Assembly (NCBI GenBank): GCA_016192995.1
Contig: JACPTB010000002.1
Span: 98,283 to 162,282 of the forward strand
Reading direction: 5' to 3'
DNA: 64,000 bases
Source: Candidatus Woesearchaeota archaeon
GTDB taxonomy: Archaea > Nanobdellota > Nanobdellia > Woesearchaeales > DSVV01
The translations under genes and the position numbers were made by a program. This document shows positions 56,719 through 64,000 of the stretch, one piece after another (the first letter of the stretch is position 1; each line of letters opens with the position of its first letter). The notes under the pieces are model-generated. The model did no database searches. It was not told where the DNA came from and worked only from the letters and a program-made list of their open reading frames with translations.

Positions 56719-57600
56719 GTGGAACAAAAAAGACGTCTGCAAGAACTGGGTGGATCATTATATTTATCACTGCCTGCTTCATGGCTGCAAAAGTTTAACG
56801 TGAAAAAAGGAAGTCATATCTATATTACGCTTGAAGATTCCGGAGCTTTAACCATATTTCCTGAAAAGGTTGCAAAAGATGAAACAACAAAAGAAAAAAC
56901 AAGCACTATTCTTTATAATAAATATATTTTTAGGAATATAATGGGAGCATATTTGATAGGGAATGATTATATTGTTATAAAAAAAGAGCTTCCCTTTACC
57001 AGAAAAGAACGAAACGAGATTCTTGCTATTGTTCATAACCTTTTAAATGTGGAAGTTATTGAGGAGCAGCCACGCAAGATTGTTATTCAAAATCTCAAAT
57101 CTGAGCTTGATATTAAAAAACTCGTTACAAGAATGTATCAACTAACAAAAACAATGTTAGAAGATATAATACCAAACCAAGATGATAAAGAAATTCTTCA
57201 AAGTGTGATTGACCGCGACAAATTAGTAGGAAAATGCTATCTTGCGATTATCATGCAGATTCGAGCATCATTAACAAGAAGCTGGAGCAAAGATATTAGT
57301 TTTGTTGAAATATTTGATATTCGCCTGCTCATTGAGAGAATGGAAAAGATTGGCGACGAAATTAAACATCTTGCAAAAGAAATGCTTGAGAAAAACAAAC
57401 CAAAACATGATGATCTTGACGATCTAAAAGAATTATTAGCGTTATACGAACAAGCATACGGAGCTTATCTTAAAAAAGACATTTCAACTGCAGAAAAATT
57501 CTGGGATAATGAAGAAAAATACAAGAAACAATTTAACCACAATGCACACCTACAAACAATGTATGAGTTAATCAAAGATATCACTGATTTGGTAGTTTAG
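56719..57600 (+). CDS. AbrB/SpoVT-like N-domain fused to PhoU-like helical domain regulator
   Basis: LQELGGSLYLSLPASWLQKFNVKKGSHIYITLEDSGALTI swapped-hairpin pattern; C-terminal helical repeats of PhoU length. Confidence 0.45.
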   Translation: MEQKRRLQELGGSLYLSLPASWLQKFNVKKGSHIYITLEDSGALTIFPEKVAKDETTKEKTSTILYNKYIFRNIMGAYLIGNDYIVIKKELPFTRKERNEILAIVHNLLNVEVIEEQPRKIVIQNLKSELDIKKLVTRMYQLTKTMLEDIIPNQDDKEILQSVIDRDKLVGKCYLAIIMQIRASLTRSWSKDISFVEIFDIRLLIERMEKIGDEIKHLAKEMLEKNKPKHDDLDDLKELLALYEQAYGAYLKKDISTAEKFWDNEEKYKKQFNHNAHLQTMYELIKDITDLVV

Positions 57601-57608
57601 ATAATAGA

Positions 57609-57766
57609 CTCAGGTGAAAATGTAGTTTTTGGCATCTTTTGGTGAAGCTCTTCTTAATTTTACCTTGAGGATTTTTCGGAGTGCCAGAGAGAAAAATCCA
57701 ATCGAAATACTCTTCAAGAGCTGAACTGATGCCAAAACCGAGGCTATGCCGAGATTTTCACCTGAG
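57609..57766 (+). mobile_element. MITE-like element, family 2 variant, copy F (158 bp)
   Basis: 13-bp TIR CTCAGGTGAAAAT / ATTTTCACCTGAG; core hairpin 57669-57699 GGATTTTTCGGAGTGCCAGAGAGAAAAATCC. Confidence 0.75.
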
Positions 57767-57813
57767 CCTAAACAATAAAAACTTTTATTAACCAGTAAAC
57801 GAGGTAATATTAT

Positions 57814-58275
57814 ATGAACAACTTACGCCCTCCAAACATGCCTCCTCTTGGTAGTATGGATCCTGGGATGATGGATATCAAAGCAAGCAAGCAACGAGAA
57901 CTCCAGAGAGATTTGCCAGCCCAACCTCCTTTAGAATTAACGCGTGATATTTCAAGGAGAATGAGAGTTCTTGAAGAACAATATACTAATGTAAGAAAGA
58001 GTATGCAGCTTTCTGAACAGAATGTAATTCAAGTAGGAAAAGACGTGAAAAGTGAATTAGCTATGCTGAATTCAGAAATTTCTGAATTAAAAGCAGAACT
58101 CAATGAACTTAAAGATGAGCTTAAGTTGATAGTAACAGAATTAAAAGAAACTGCTAAGAAAGATGATGTTCAAGTGCTTGAAAAATACATTAATCTCTGG
58201 GAACCAGTTAAATTCTGCACACAAAAAGATGTTGAACAAATTCTAAGAAGAGTATTGCAACAGAATCAGAAATAG
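57814..58275 (+). CDS. coiled-coil protein
   Basis: 153 aa; P/M-rich N-terminus then heptad-rich segment. Confidence 0.4.
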   Translation: MNNLRPPNMPPLGSMDPGMMDIKASKQRELQRDLPAQPPLELTRDISRRMRVLEEQYTNVRKSMQLSEQNVIQVGKDVKSELAMLNSEISELKAELNELKDELKLIVTELKETAKKDDVQVLEKYINLWEPVKFCTQKDVEQILRRVLQQNQK

Positions 58276-58312
58276 GATGTGATTATTCAAAGTATTTTAT
58301 ATTGATTAAAGG

Positions 58313-58353
58313 AAGAAGAGCTTCACAAAATAGGCGCTAAAAACTACATTTTC
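58313..58353 (-). repeat. solo fragment of family-2 MITE arm (copy G)
   Basis: reverse complement GAAAATGTAGTTTTTAGCGCCTATTTTGTGAAGCTCTTCTTCC matches left arm of copy F. Confidence 0.6.
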
Positions 58354-58361
58354 TAAAGAAC

Positions 58362-59078
58362 CTAAGGTCGTTGTTGTTGCTTCATATCCGCAGTAATTCT
58401 GCTCAATTCATTAACATTTTCTGTCATAATAGGCAATACTTTCTGAAATACTTTTTCAAGCGCTTGGATATCAGACCCAATAGTAGTTAAATTTCTATCA
58501 TAATCTCCTATTCTACCAAGAACACCTTTATGAAGGGTATCAAATTGTTTTTGAAGATCAACAAATTGCTGTTCAATTTTCAAAATCCTTCCTTCAGTCC
58601 TATCTTTCCAGTCAATAATTTTATTGATGCTTTTAACAATTTCATTCCATTTCTCATCAATTATTGCTTCTGCTATCTCTTCAATGCGCTCTAAGCCTGG
58701 AATCTGGGGAGAACCTGACTGACTGCCTATGTTCCCCATGCTTTGAGCATCATTATAATCCTGATTCTGCCCATAATCTTGAGCAATTGATTGAATGTTA
58801 TTTCCTGGAAATTGCTTATTTTCTTCAGGAAGCATTTCATTTGCCATCATACCTGGATTTGGTCCCATACCAACACCTGTCTTAATTTCAGCTTGATTCA
58901 TCGCGTCAAAAATATCAGTCATATCAACACCTTCACGCTGTAAGGTGTCAATGATTTGACTATTCCCTAATCCTTTTCGTTTTAAATCCAATACTCTATC
59001 AGTAGGAGGTCCCTTTACACGAGGAGGTCCTAATTGAGGATTTGCTTCCTCTTTTTTACCAAAACTAAAGAGAGGCAT
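58362..59078 (-). CDS. hypothetical protein with low-complexity middle and C-terminal coiled coil
   Basis: 238 aa; last gene of a four-gene minus-strand cluster. Confidence 0.4.
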   Translation of the reverse strand: MPLFSFGKKEEANPQLGPPRVKGPPTDRVLDLKRKGLGNSQIIDTLQREGVDMTDIFDAMNQAEIKTGVGMGPNPGMMANEMLPEENKQFPGNNIQSIAQDYGQNQDYNDAQSMGNIGSQSGSPQIPGLERIEEIAEAIIDEKWNEIVKSINKIIDWKDRTEGRILKIEQQFVDLQKQFDTLHKGVLGRIGDYDRNLTTIGSDIQALEKVFQKVLPIMTENVNELSRITADMKQQQRP

Positions 59079-59095
59079 GATACATCACAAGCAAG

Positions 59096-59698
59096 TTAAT
59101 GGCCACCGCGATCAGGCCAGTCAGGAGTCATTTTACCTGACATTAAGCGCACGGTGAGCGCTGCAACGATTAACACAAATAAAAGCCCGAGGACTTTTGG
59201 ATGATAAATGGTTCTTTGAAGATTAGTCTGATAATTTCCAGTTGCTGTGCTTCCTCCAGGATCTTGCTTGGTAAGAACAAGTTGTTCTCCAGCTTGACCA
59301 AGTTCAAGCTGCTTTTGACCAAAGGAAGTAGATAATGCGCCAAGGATGATAATAACTATAACAATAATAAATGTCCATTGAAGCCCTGCATGATTTTTCA
59401 TCATGGATGAAATGCTGTCATCTGAAACGCCAAACAGTTTTACGCCAATGAGAGCAAAGATTACAAGGATGAACAAAATAGTAAACCAGGGAGCTGCAAA
59501 CATGACTATGGAAGTTATATTTGGAGAGAGAACAACAACAAAGGAAACAACAATAGCTAAAATCGCATGTATGATTTTATTTGCGCCAAGAGCTTTGGTG
59601 TATTGCAATGCTGCGTAGATAAGTACTAAAACTAAAATAAAAGAAAGAACGGGTGTAAAGTGCTGCAATAATTCAATATTAATAACTGGAACAGCCAT
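59096..59698 (-). CDS. polytopic membrane protein, paralog 3 of tandem trio
   Basis: 200 aa, 4-5 TM; C-terminal DRGGH tail shared with paralog 2. Confidence 0.5.
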   Translation of the reverse strand: MAVPVINIELLQHFTPVLSFILVLVLIYAALQYTKALGANKIIHAILAIVVSFVVVLSPNITSIVMFAAPWFTILFILVIFALIGVKLFGVSDDSISSMMKNHAGLQWTFIIVIVIIILGALSTSFGQKQLELGQAGEQLVLTKQDPGGSTATGNYQTNLQRTIYHPKVLGLLFVLIVAALTVRLMSGKMTPDWPDRGGH

Positions 59699-60301
59699 TT
59701 AATGGTCACCTCGACCACCGCCCAAGAGTTTATTGAACGATTCAAGACCTTTACCCACTTTAGACAATGCTTCTCCCTGCCCTGGTTCACGAAGTATAAA
59801 CCATAACACTATAGCAAATACTAAGATAACAATAACTAATGAAGTTGTATCAGGACCCCACCAATTGGTATAAAATGATGGCCACCAGTCTGCTGCTGAA
59901 CCGAAAAAGTAGACTACAGCAGCAAATGAAATAAATGCAATAATTCCGCCAAGATTATGAACAAAATTTGGCGCTACTATGCCGGTTAATAATAATACCA
60001 TCATAATAGCAATTGCTACGACAGAGATATTTGGCAGCGCTGAATTCATAATAACGACAAGATCTGCGCCCTCAGGATATTTTCCCAAGACATGAGGCAT
60101 CACAACCATAAGAGATAAAATTAAAGCAAACATAGCATTGAAATTCTTGTGATGCTGACCAAGAATATTAGTTTTTTGGAGAATCGCAAATACGATTAAA
60201 AACACAAGAAAAAAAGGTAAAATTACCTCAGTTAAATTATAAGATTCTAAAAATGTTAAAAAACTACCTGCACCATATGTTGAACTATAAGGGTATGCCA
60301 T
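59699..60301 (-). CDS. polytopic membrane protein, paralog 2
   Basis: 200 aa; VILPFFLVFLIVFAILQKTNILG and KNFNAMFALILSLMV conserved with paralog 1; abuts paralog 3. Confidence 0.5.
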   Translation of the reverse strand: MAYPYSSTYGAGSFLTFLESYNLTEVILPFFLVFLIVFAILQKTNILGQHHKNFNAMFALILSLMVVMPHVLGKYPEGADLVVIMNSALPNISVVAIAIMMVLLLTGIVAPNFVHNLGGIIAFISFAAVVYFFGSAADWWPSFYTNWWGPDTTSLVIVILVFAIVLWFILREPGQGEALSKVGKGLESFNKLLGGGRGDH

Positions 60302-60372
60302 ACTGTCAGCCTCCTTTTTATGAATTTTTATTATATTATCATTATAAGCTTAGCTTATAATAGTTACTCTTT

Positions 60373-61014
60373 TTAATGCTTTTTATCATCATCCCCATGT
60401 TTTTTCTCTTTAGGACTTTTAACTATATACCCAAAACCCAGTAAGATAAGGATAAAAAAGAGTATTGCTCCAACAGCTGTTGAGTCTAGGTTATAATAAA
60501 CATAATTAATAAGCCACCCTAAAAATGATTCTCCTGAGTCCATAGGAATAGCATTAAGGAAAATAAGGAGTATGCCTATAAGAAGGACAACCATAAACGT
60601 TGTCCGCCATGCACCTTTAAGAACAACATCTTCGCCTTCGCCATGAAATGCCCCAATTAAAAGCAAAAACATAACTATGATAAGTAATAATAAGACAATA
60701 TTTGCTAATGACTCGTTGATAATAGCTACTAATCTTGCTGAAGCTATAACAAGGAATGCTATAACAAAAGCAGCCATAGCATTAAGATTCTTTTTAGGAT
60801 GCATTTTTCCTGCTACTTCTTCAGTGCCTAAGACCTTTGTTTTTTCAAAAATAGCAAAAACAATAGTGAAAACAAGGAGAAAAGGCAATACTATATCATA
60901 GACACCCAGTCTATCTAAAAACCCAATAACATCGCCAAAGACTGTCTGCTTTGAAGCTTCATAATAAACCATACTCTTTCCCTGCTTACCGAGATATTTA
61001 AAGCTTTCGTTCAT
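60373..61014 (-). CDS. polytopic membrane protein, paralog 1
   Basis: 213 aa; IVLPFLLVFTIVFAIFEKTKVLG, KNLNAMAAFVIAFLV. Confidence 0.5.
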   Translation of the reverse strand: MNESFKYLGKQGKSMVYYEASKQTVFGDVIGFLDRLGVYDIVLPFLLVFTIVFAIFEKTKVLGTEEVAGKMHPKKNLNAMAAFVIAFLVIASARLVAIINESLANIVLLLLIIVMFLLLIGAFHGEGEDVVLKGAWRTTFMVVLLIGILLIFLNAIPMDSGESFLGWLINYVYYNLDSTAVGAILFFILILLGFGYIVKSPKEKKHGDDDKKH

Positions 61015-61047
61015 AGGTACGTAAAAACATAGTTATTTAAAGTTAAA

Positions 61048-61359
61048 ATGGTTAATAACAACAATATGGTTAATAAAAAAATTGCAACTATCAAAAAGCA
61101 AGTAATTCCTATTTTGAAAAAAAATGATGTAGTTAAGGCAGGTATTTTTGGTTCTGTAGCTAGGGGAGAGGATAAAAAGAAGAGTGATGTTGATATTTTA
61201 ATTAAATTTAAAGGTGAAAACAAAAGCCTTATTGATTTAGTGCGGTTAAAGTATGAACTTGAAGAAAAATTGAAGCGAAAAGTAGATATTTTAACATACA
61301 GATCAATCAACCATCTGATTAAGGATCAAATTTTAAAAGAAGAAGTGAGGATTTTATGA
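61048..61359 (+). CDS. minimal nucleotidyltransferase (MntA-type antitoxin)
   Basis: GIFGSVARGEDKKKSDVDILIKF. Confidence 0.7.
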   Translation: MVNNNNMVNKKIATIKKQVIPILKKNDVVKAGIFGSVARGEDKKKSDVDILIKFKGENKSLIDLVRLKYELEEKLKRKVDILTYRSINHLIKDQILKEEVRIL

Positions 61360-61697
61360 AGAATAATGCTACTTATTTAAAACATATTCTTGAAGCAGTT
61401 AATCATATAGAAGACTTTACCAATGATATATCCCCAAATGAATTTCTCAATAATGTAGAAAAGCAGTTTGCAGTAATCAAAGGAATTGAAATAATTGGAG
61501 AAGCTATTAAAAATATTCCTTTAGAAATAAGAGAAAAACATCCTCAAGTGCCATGGAAAGAAATCACTGGAACAAGAGATATTATGATTCATGCTTATTT
61601 CACTGTTGATCTCAATTTGGTGTGGAAAATTGTTGAAATACATCTCCCTGTATTAAAACAAGCAATACAAAACATATTAAAAGACCAAGATAAATAA
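61356..61697 (+). CDS. HEPN-domain protein (HepT/DUF86-type toxin)
   Basis: Rx4HxY motif TRDIMIHAY; overlaps MNT gene by 4 nt. Confidence 0.65.
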   Translation: MKNNATYLKHILEAVNHIEDFTNDISPNEFLNNVEKQFAVIKGIEIIGEAIKNIPLEIREKHPQVPWKEITGTRDIMIHAYFTVDLNLVWKIVEIHLPVLKQAIQNILKDQDK

Positions 61698-61705
61698 CTA
61701 AAGCC

Positions 61706-62275
61706 ATGACAACCTTCCTTGACAATAAAAAAACTGAACAATTAAAAAAAGAGATTGATAAGTTTGAGCATGAACGAGAAACTATTATTAGACAATCACG
61801 TGATATTCTCAAAGCTTCAAAACATGCTATTTACAGCATCCAGAGAGATGATATGAAAACAGCTGAGCAGTTGTTAAAGGAAGCTGAAAAACATATTGGT
61901 AGTTTACGAAAAGGTTCTGATTATACTGATGCTATTGGAGCATTTAACGCAGCCTTGGAAGAATATGTTGAAGCGCAATGTTTTATGGCATTTGTCAAAA
62001 GCAAAAATATTCCAACCTATAAAGAATTGAAAGTTGGATTTGAACAATATTTATTAGGATTATGTGATTTTACCGGCGAATTAGGACGAAGAGCTGTGCT
62101 GCAGGCAACAGTTAAAAACAAAAAAGAAGTCCAACGGATACGAGATATTATTGATGAAGTATATGGTTTTTTTAGCCAATTAAATCTGGGCAATTCTGAA
62201 TTAAGAAAGAAGTCTGATTCGATCAAATGGAATTTGAAGAAGGTTGAAGATTTATTGTATGATGTGAATAAATAG
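61706..62275 (+). CDS. translin-family protein
   Basis: YLLGLCDFTGELGRRAV resembles translin DLTGELMR signature; ~190 aa helical. Confidence 0.55.
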   Translation: MTTFLDNKKTEQLKKEIDKFEHERETIIRQSRDILKASKHAIYSIQRDDMKTAEQLLKEAEKHIGSLRKGSDYTDAIGAFNAALEEYVEAQCFMAFVKSKNIPTYKELKVGFEQYLLGLCDFTGELGRRAVLQATVKNKKEVQRIRDIIDEVYGFFSQLNLGNSELRKKSDSIKWNLKKVEDLLYDVNK

Positions 62276-62290
62276 AAAAGAAAATAAAGA

Positions 62291-62959
62291 TTATTTTGAA
62301 CAAAACACTCCTGTTATAATTCTATCACTACGAACGTCACCTTTTTGAGGTTCAACTGTATACGAGTTAGTATCACTTCCGCAGCTTCCTTTTACACCAC
62401 CATAACTACAGGGAACAATACCCTCTGAATGGATATCAAGTTGAATACCACTACAACTCTGATCTGTGCTTTGAAAACGATAATCTGTTTCAAAAGTATG
62501 ACCTGCTATACATGTTGTAAAACCCATCTCTTTACAAATAACTCCACCCGTAGAACCATCAGATTGAAAATCACCATTCCCATAGAATGCTTTGATTTCA
62601 TTAAAACCTATATATTTAGTACCTGTTTTAGACATAAATGCATTTTGTAAACTTTCAAAATCATCTTCAAACTCATCAACATCATCTTTAAGATCGTCAA
62701 TAACATCTTTTAATTGATTCAAATCAGATTTAGCAGTATATCCACAGTCTTTCGTTGCTCTACATATATTATCTAAATTAACATCGCCCAATACAGGTTT
62801 CATACCTTTCACAGCTTGCCCAGTAACAACATTAGATGAGATGCCATTAGCATCCATCACCACATACCCAACAGCAAGAACAGCTAAAACAAGAAATACT
62901 ATTGCCTCTTTTGATAATCCATTACTCATAATAACACCTCTTTTAGATGATACTCTCAA
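62291..62959 (-). CDS. secreted Cys-rich hypothetical protein
   Basis: N-terminal signal/anchor AIVFLVLAVLAVGYVV; 8 Cys in mature part. Confidence 0.45.
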   Translation of the reverse strand: MRVSSKRGVIMSNGLSKEAIVFLVLAVLAVGYVVMDANGISSNVVTGQAVKGMKPVLGDVNLDNICRATKDCGYTAKSDLNQLKDVIDDLKDDVDEFEDDFESLQNAFMSKTGTKYIGFNEIKAFYGNGDFQSDGSTGGVICKEMGFTTCIAGHTFETDYRFQSTDQSCSGIQLDIHSEGIVPCSYGGVKGSCGSDTNSYTVEPQKGDVRSDRIITGVFCSK

Positions 62960-62966
62960 TTTAGTT

Positions 62967-62996
62967 ATTTTGTAATATATATATATATTACAAAAT
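62967..62996. promoter_or_regulatory. perfect 30-bp palindrome ATTTTGTAATATATATATATATTACAAAAT in divergent promoter region
   Basis: exact reverse-complement identity; lies between divergent starts at 62959 and 63097. Confidence 0.4.
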
Positions 62997-63096
62997 ATAG
63001 TTTGAAAACAATATTACTTTTCCTGCTTGAAAGAGAAAACTTTATAAATCTATGTTAGTTACAATTAACATAAAATAGAATTTAGGTTAGTTACAA

Positions 63097-64000
63097 ATGC
63101 CACAAATTAAAGAAATCCTGATTGAAGCAAACAAATGGTGGAAAGAACCATTACAAACAGAGTATAAAGAAAGAGAAATCTATGAAAAGATTAAGAAGTA
63201 TGTTCCATTAAAGCAGATAATTGCTTTTACTGGTTTACGAAGAGTAGGAAAAACAACATTGATGCTTAAAATAGTGGAAGATGCAATAAAGGAAGGAATC
63301 AACCCTTATAACATAGTTTATTTTTCATGCGATGAATATCATGACATCGAACTAAGAACTGTTTTAAAAGAATATGAAGGTTTAAAAAATAAGTTGTTAG
63401 GAAATGAAAAATATATTTTTCTATTTGATGAAATACAGAAAGTAAAGAGTTGGGAAGAGCAGATAAAAAGAATCTACGATCTTCACAGCAAGAACATTAA
63501 AATTATTGTCTCGGGTTCAGAATCACTGTTTATTAGGAGAAAATCAAAAGAGTCTCTTGCTGGCAGGATATTTGAATTTAAAATCGAGTCATTAACTTTT
63601 AAAGAATTTTTATATTTTAAGGAAATTAAAATTGATAATGATAAACTACATGAAAAAGAGCTTGAGATGTTATTTAATGAATTTATAATAACACAGGGAT
63701 TTCCAGAAATGATTGGCATACAGGACAAAGAAGTAATTAACAAATATCTGAGAGAAAACATTATTGATAAAACGATATATAATGATATTCCATTATTGTT
63801 TAGCATTAAAGATATTACCTTAGTGAAATCAATAGTTAATATCATTATGGAAAATCCTGGTCAAATAATTGAACTTAATGATTTAGCAAAGGAATTAAGC
63901 ATTGCTAGACAGACCATTTCCCTTTATTTATCATATTTAGAGGACTCATTTCTCATAAGAAAACTCTATAATTACTCAAGAAACAGAAGAAAAATAGAAA
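63097..64000 (+). CDS. AAA ATPase, COG1373/DUF4143 family (3' partial at window edge)
   Basis: Walker A GLRRVGKTTLML, Walker B FLFDEIQ; paralog of 27783 gene. Confidence 0.6.
   Translation, partial: MPQIKEILIEANKWWKEPLQTEYKEREIYEKIKKYVPLKQIIAFTGLRRVGKTTLMLKIVEDAIKEGINPYNIVYFSCDEYHDIELRTVLKEYEGLKNKLLGNEKYIFLFDEIQKVKSWEEQIKRIYDLHSKNIKIIVSGSESLFIRRKSKESLAGRIFEFKIESLTFKEFLYFKEIKIDNDKLHEKELEMLFNEFIITQGFPEMIGIQDKEVINKYLRENIIDKTIYNDIPLLFSIKDITLVKSIVNIIMENPGQIIELNDLAKELSIARQTISLYLSYLEDSFLIRKLYNYSRNRRKIE

Noticed and set aside
1-64000. tRNA or rRNA genes
   Set aside because: Scanned intergenic regions for GC-rich cloverleaf-like islands and rRNA-like conserved blocks. None found. Cannot exclude a divergent or intron-containing tRNA without a covariance-model search.

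Overview
This 64 kb window is AT-rich (roughly one-third GC by eye, not computed), carries no rRNA, tRNA or CRISPR array that I could recognise, and looks like a chromosomal segment from a small-genome archaeon. The archaeal markers are a CDP-archaeol synthase, a short archaetidylserine synthase plus phosphatidylserine decarboxylase, Elp3, two TrmB-family regulators, an Arch_ATPase (DUF234) and DUF4143-type ATPases, a translin-family protein, a LAGLIDADG intein, Shine-Dalgarno-like GGTGA/AGGTGG sequences, and leaderless TATA boxes. A DPANN-like host is plausible but not provable from the sequence.

Core metabolism present:
- ppsA, a bacterial-type (class I) gap, and pgk.
- gdhA, an M17 leucyl aminopeptidase, and dcd.
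- Two paralogous class II (adenosylcobalamin-dependent) ribonucleotide reductases flanking a corrinoid adenosyltransferase (cobO). The longer reductase carries a 401-aa LAGLIDADG intein immediately before the catalytic cysteine.

Accessory content is dense:
- Several toxin-antitoxin-like modules: RHH/PIN pairs, an MNT/HEPN pair, and a translationally coupled RHH-Fic-unknown 490-aa trio with atypical composition.
- A tandem array of four asparaginase-family genes in different states of decay. One copy is split by a single-nucleotide frameshift.
- An IS4-type transposase C-terminal remnant with an intact Y(2)R(3)E(6)K signature.
- Compositionally atypical genes next to repeats: a 301-aa unknown protein and a 522-aa classic AAA ATPase with an unknown N-domain.

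The most striking sequence-level feature is a family of at least seven MITE-like repeats in two terminal-sequence families. Two copies have clear terminal inverted repeats plus 8-bp or 7-bp target-site duplications. All copies share a 31-nt hairpin core that shows compensatory stem changes. Two copies share a nested insertion at the same loop position. Several copies sit exactly at gene ends: they create the Elp3 stop codon, donate the last 13 codons of a TrmB paralog, and produce spurious N-terminal extensions of the carS and glycosyltransferase ORFs.

Other leads:
- Three tandem paralogous polytopic membrane proteins with two coiled-coil proteins.
- A lamin-tail-domain secreted protein with an ABC-2 exporter.
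- Duplicated small acidic CxC...HGDE proteins.
- Two ORFs joined by a single in-frame TAG.
- Two near-identical 7-6-7 palindromes flanking the Arch_ATPase gene next to a TrmB gene.
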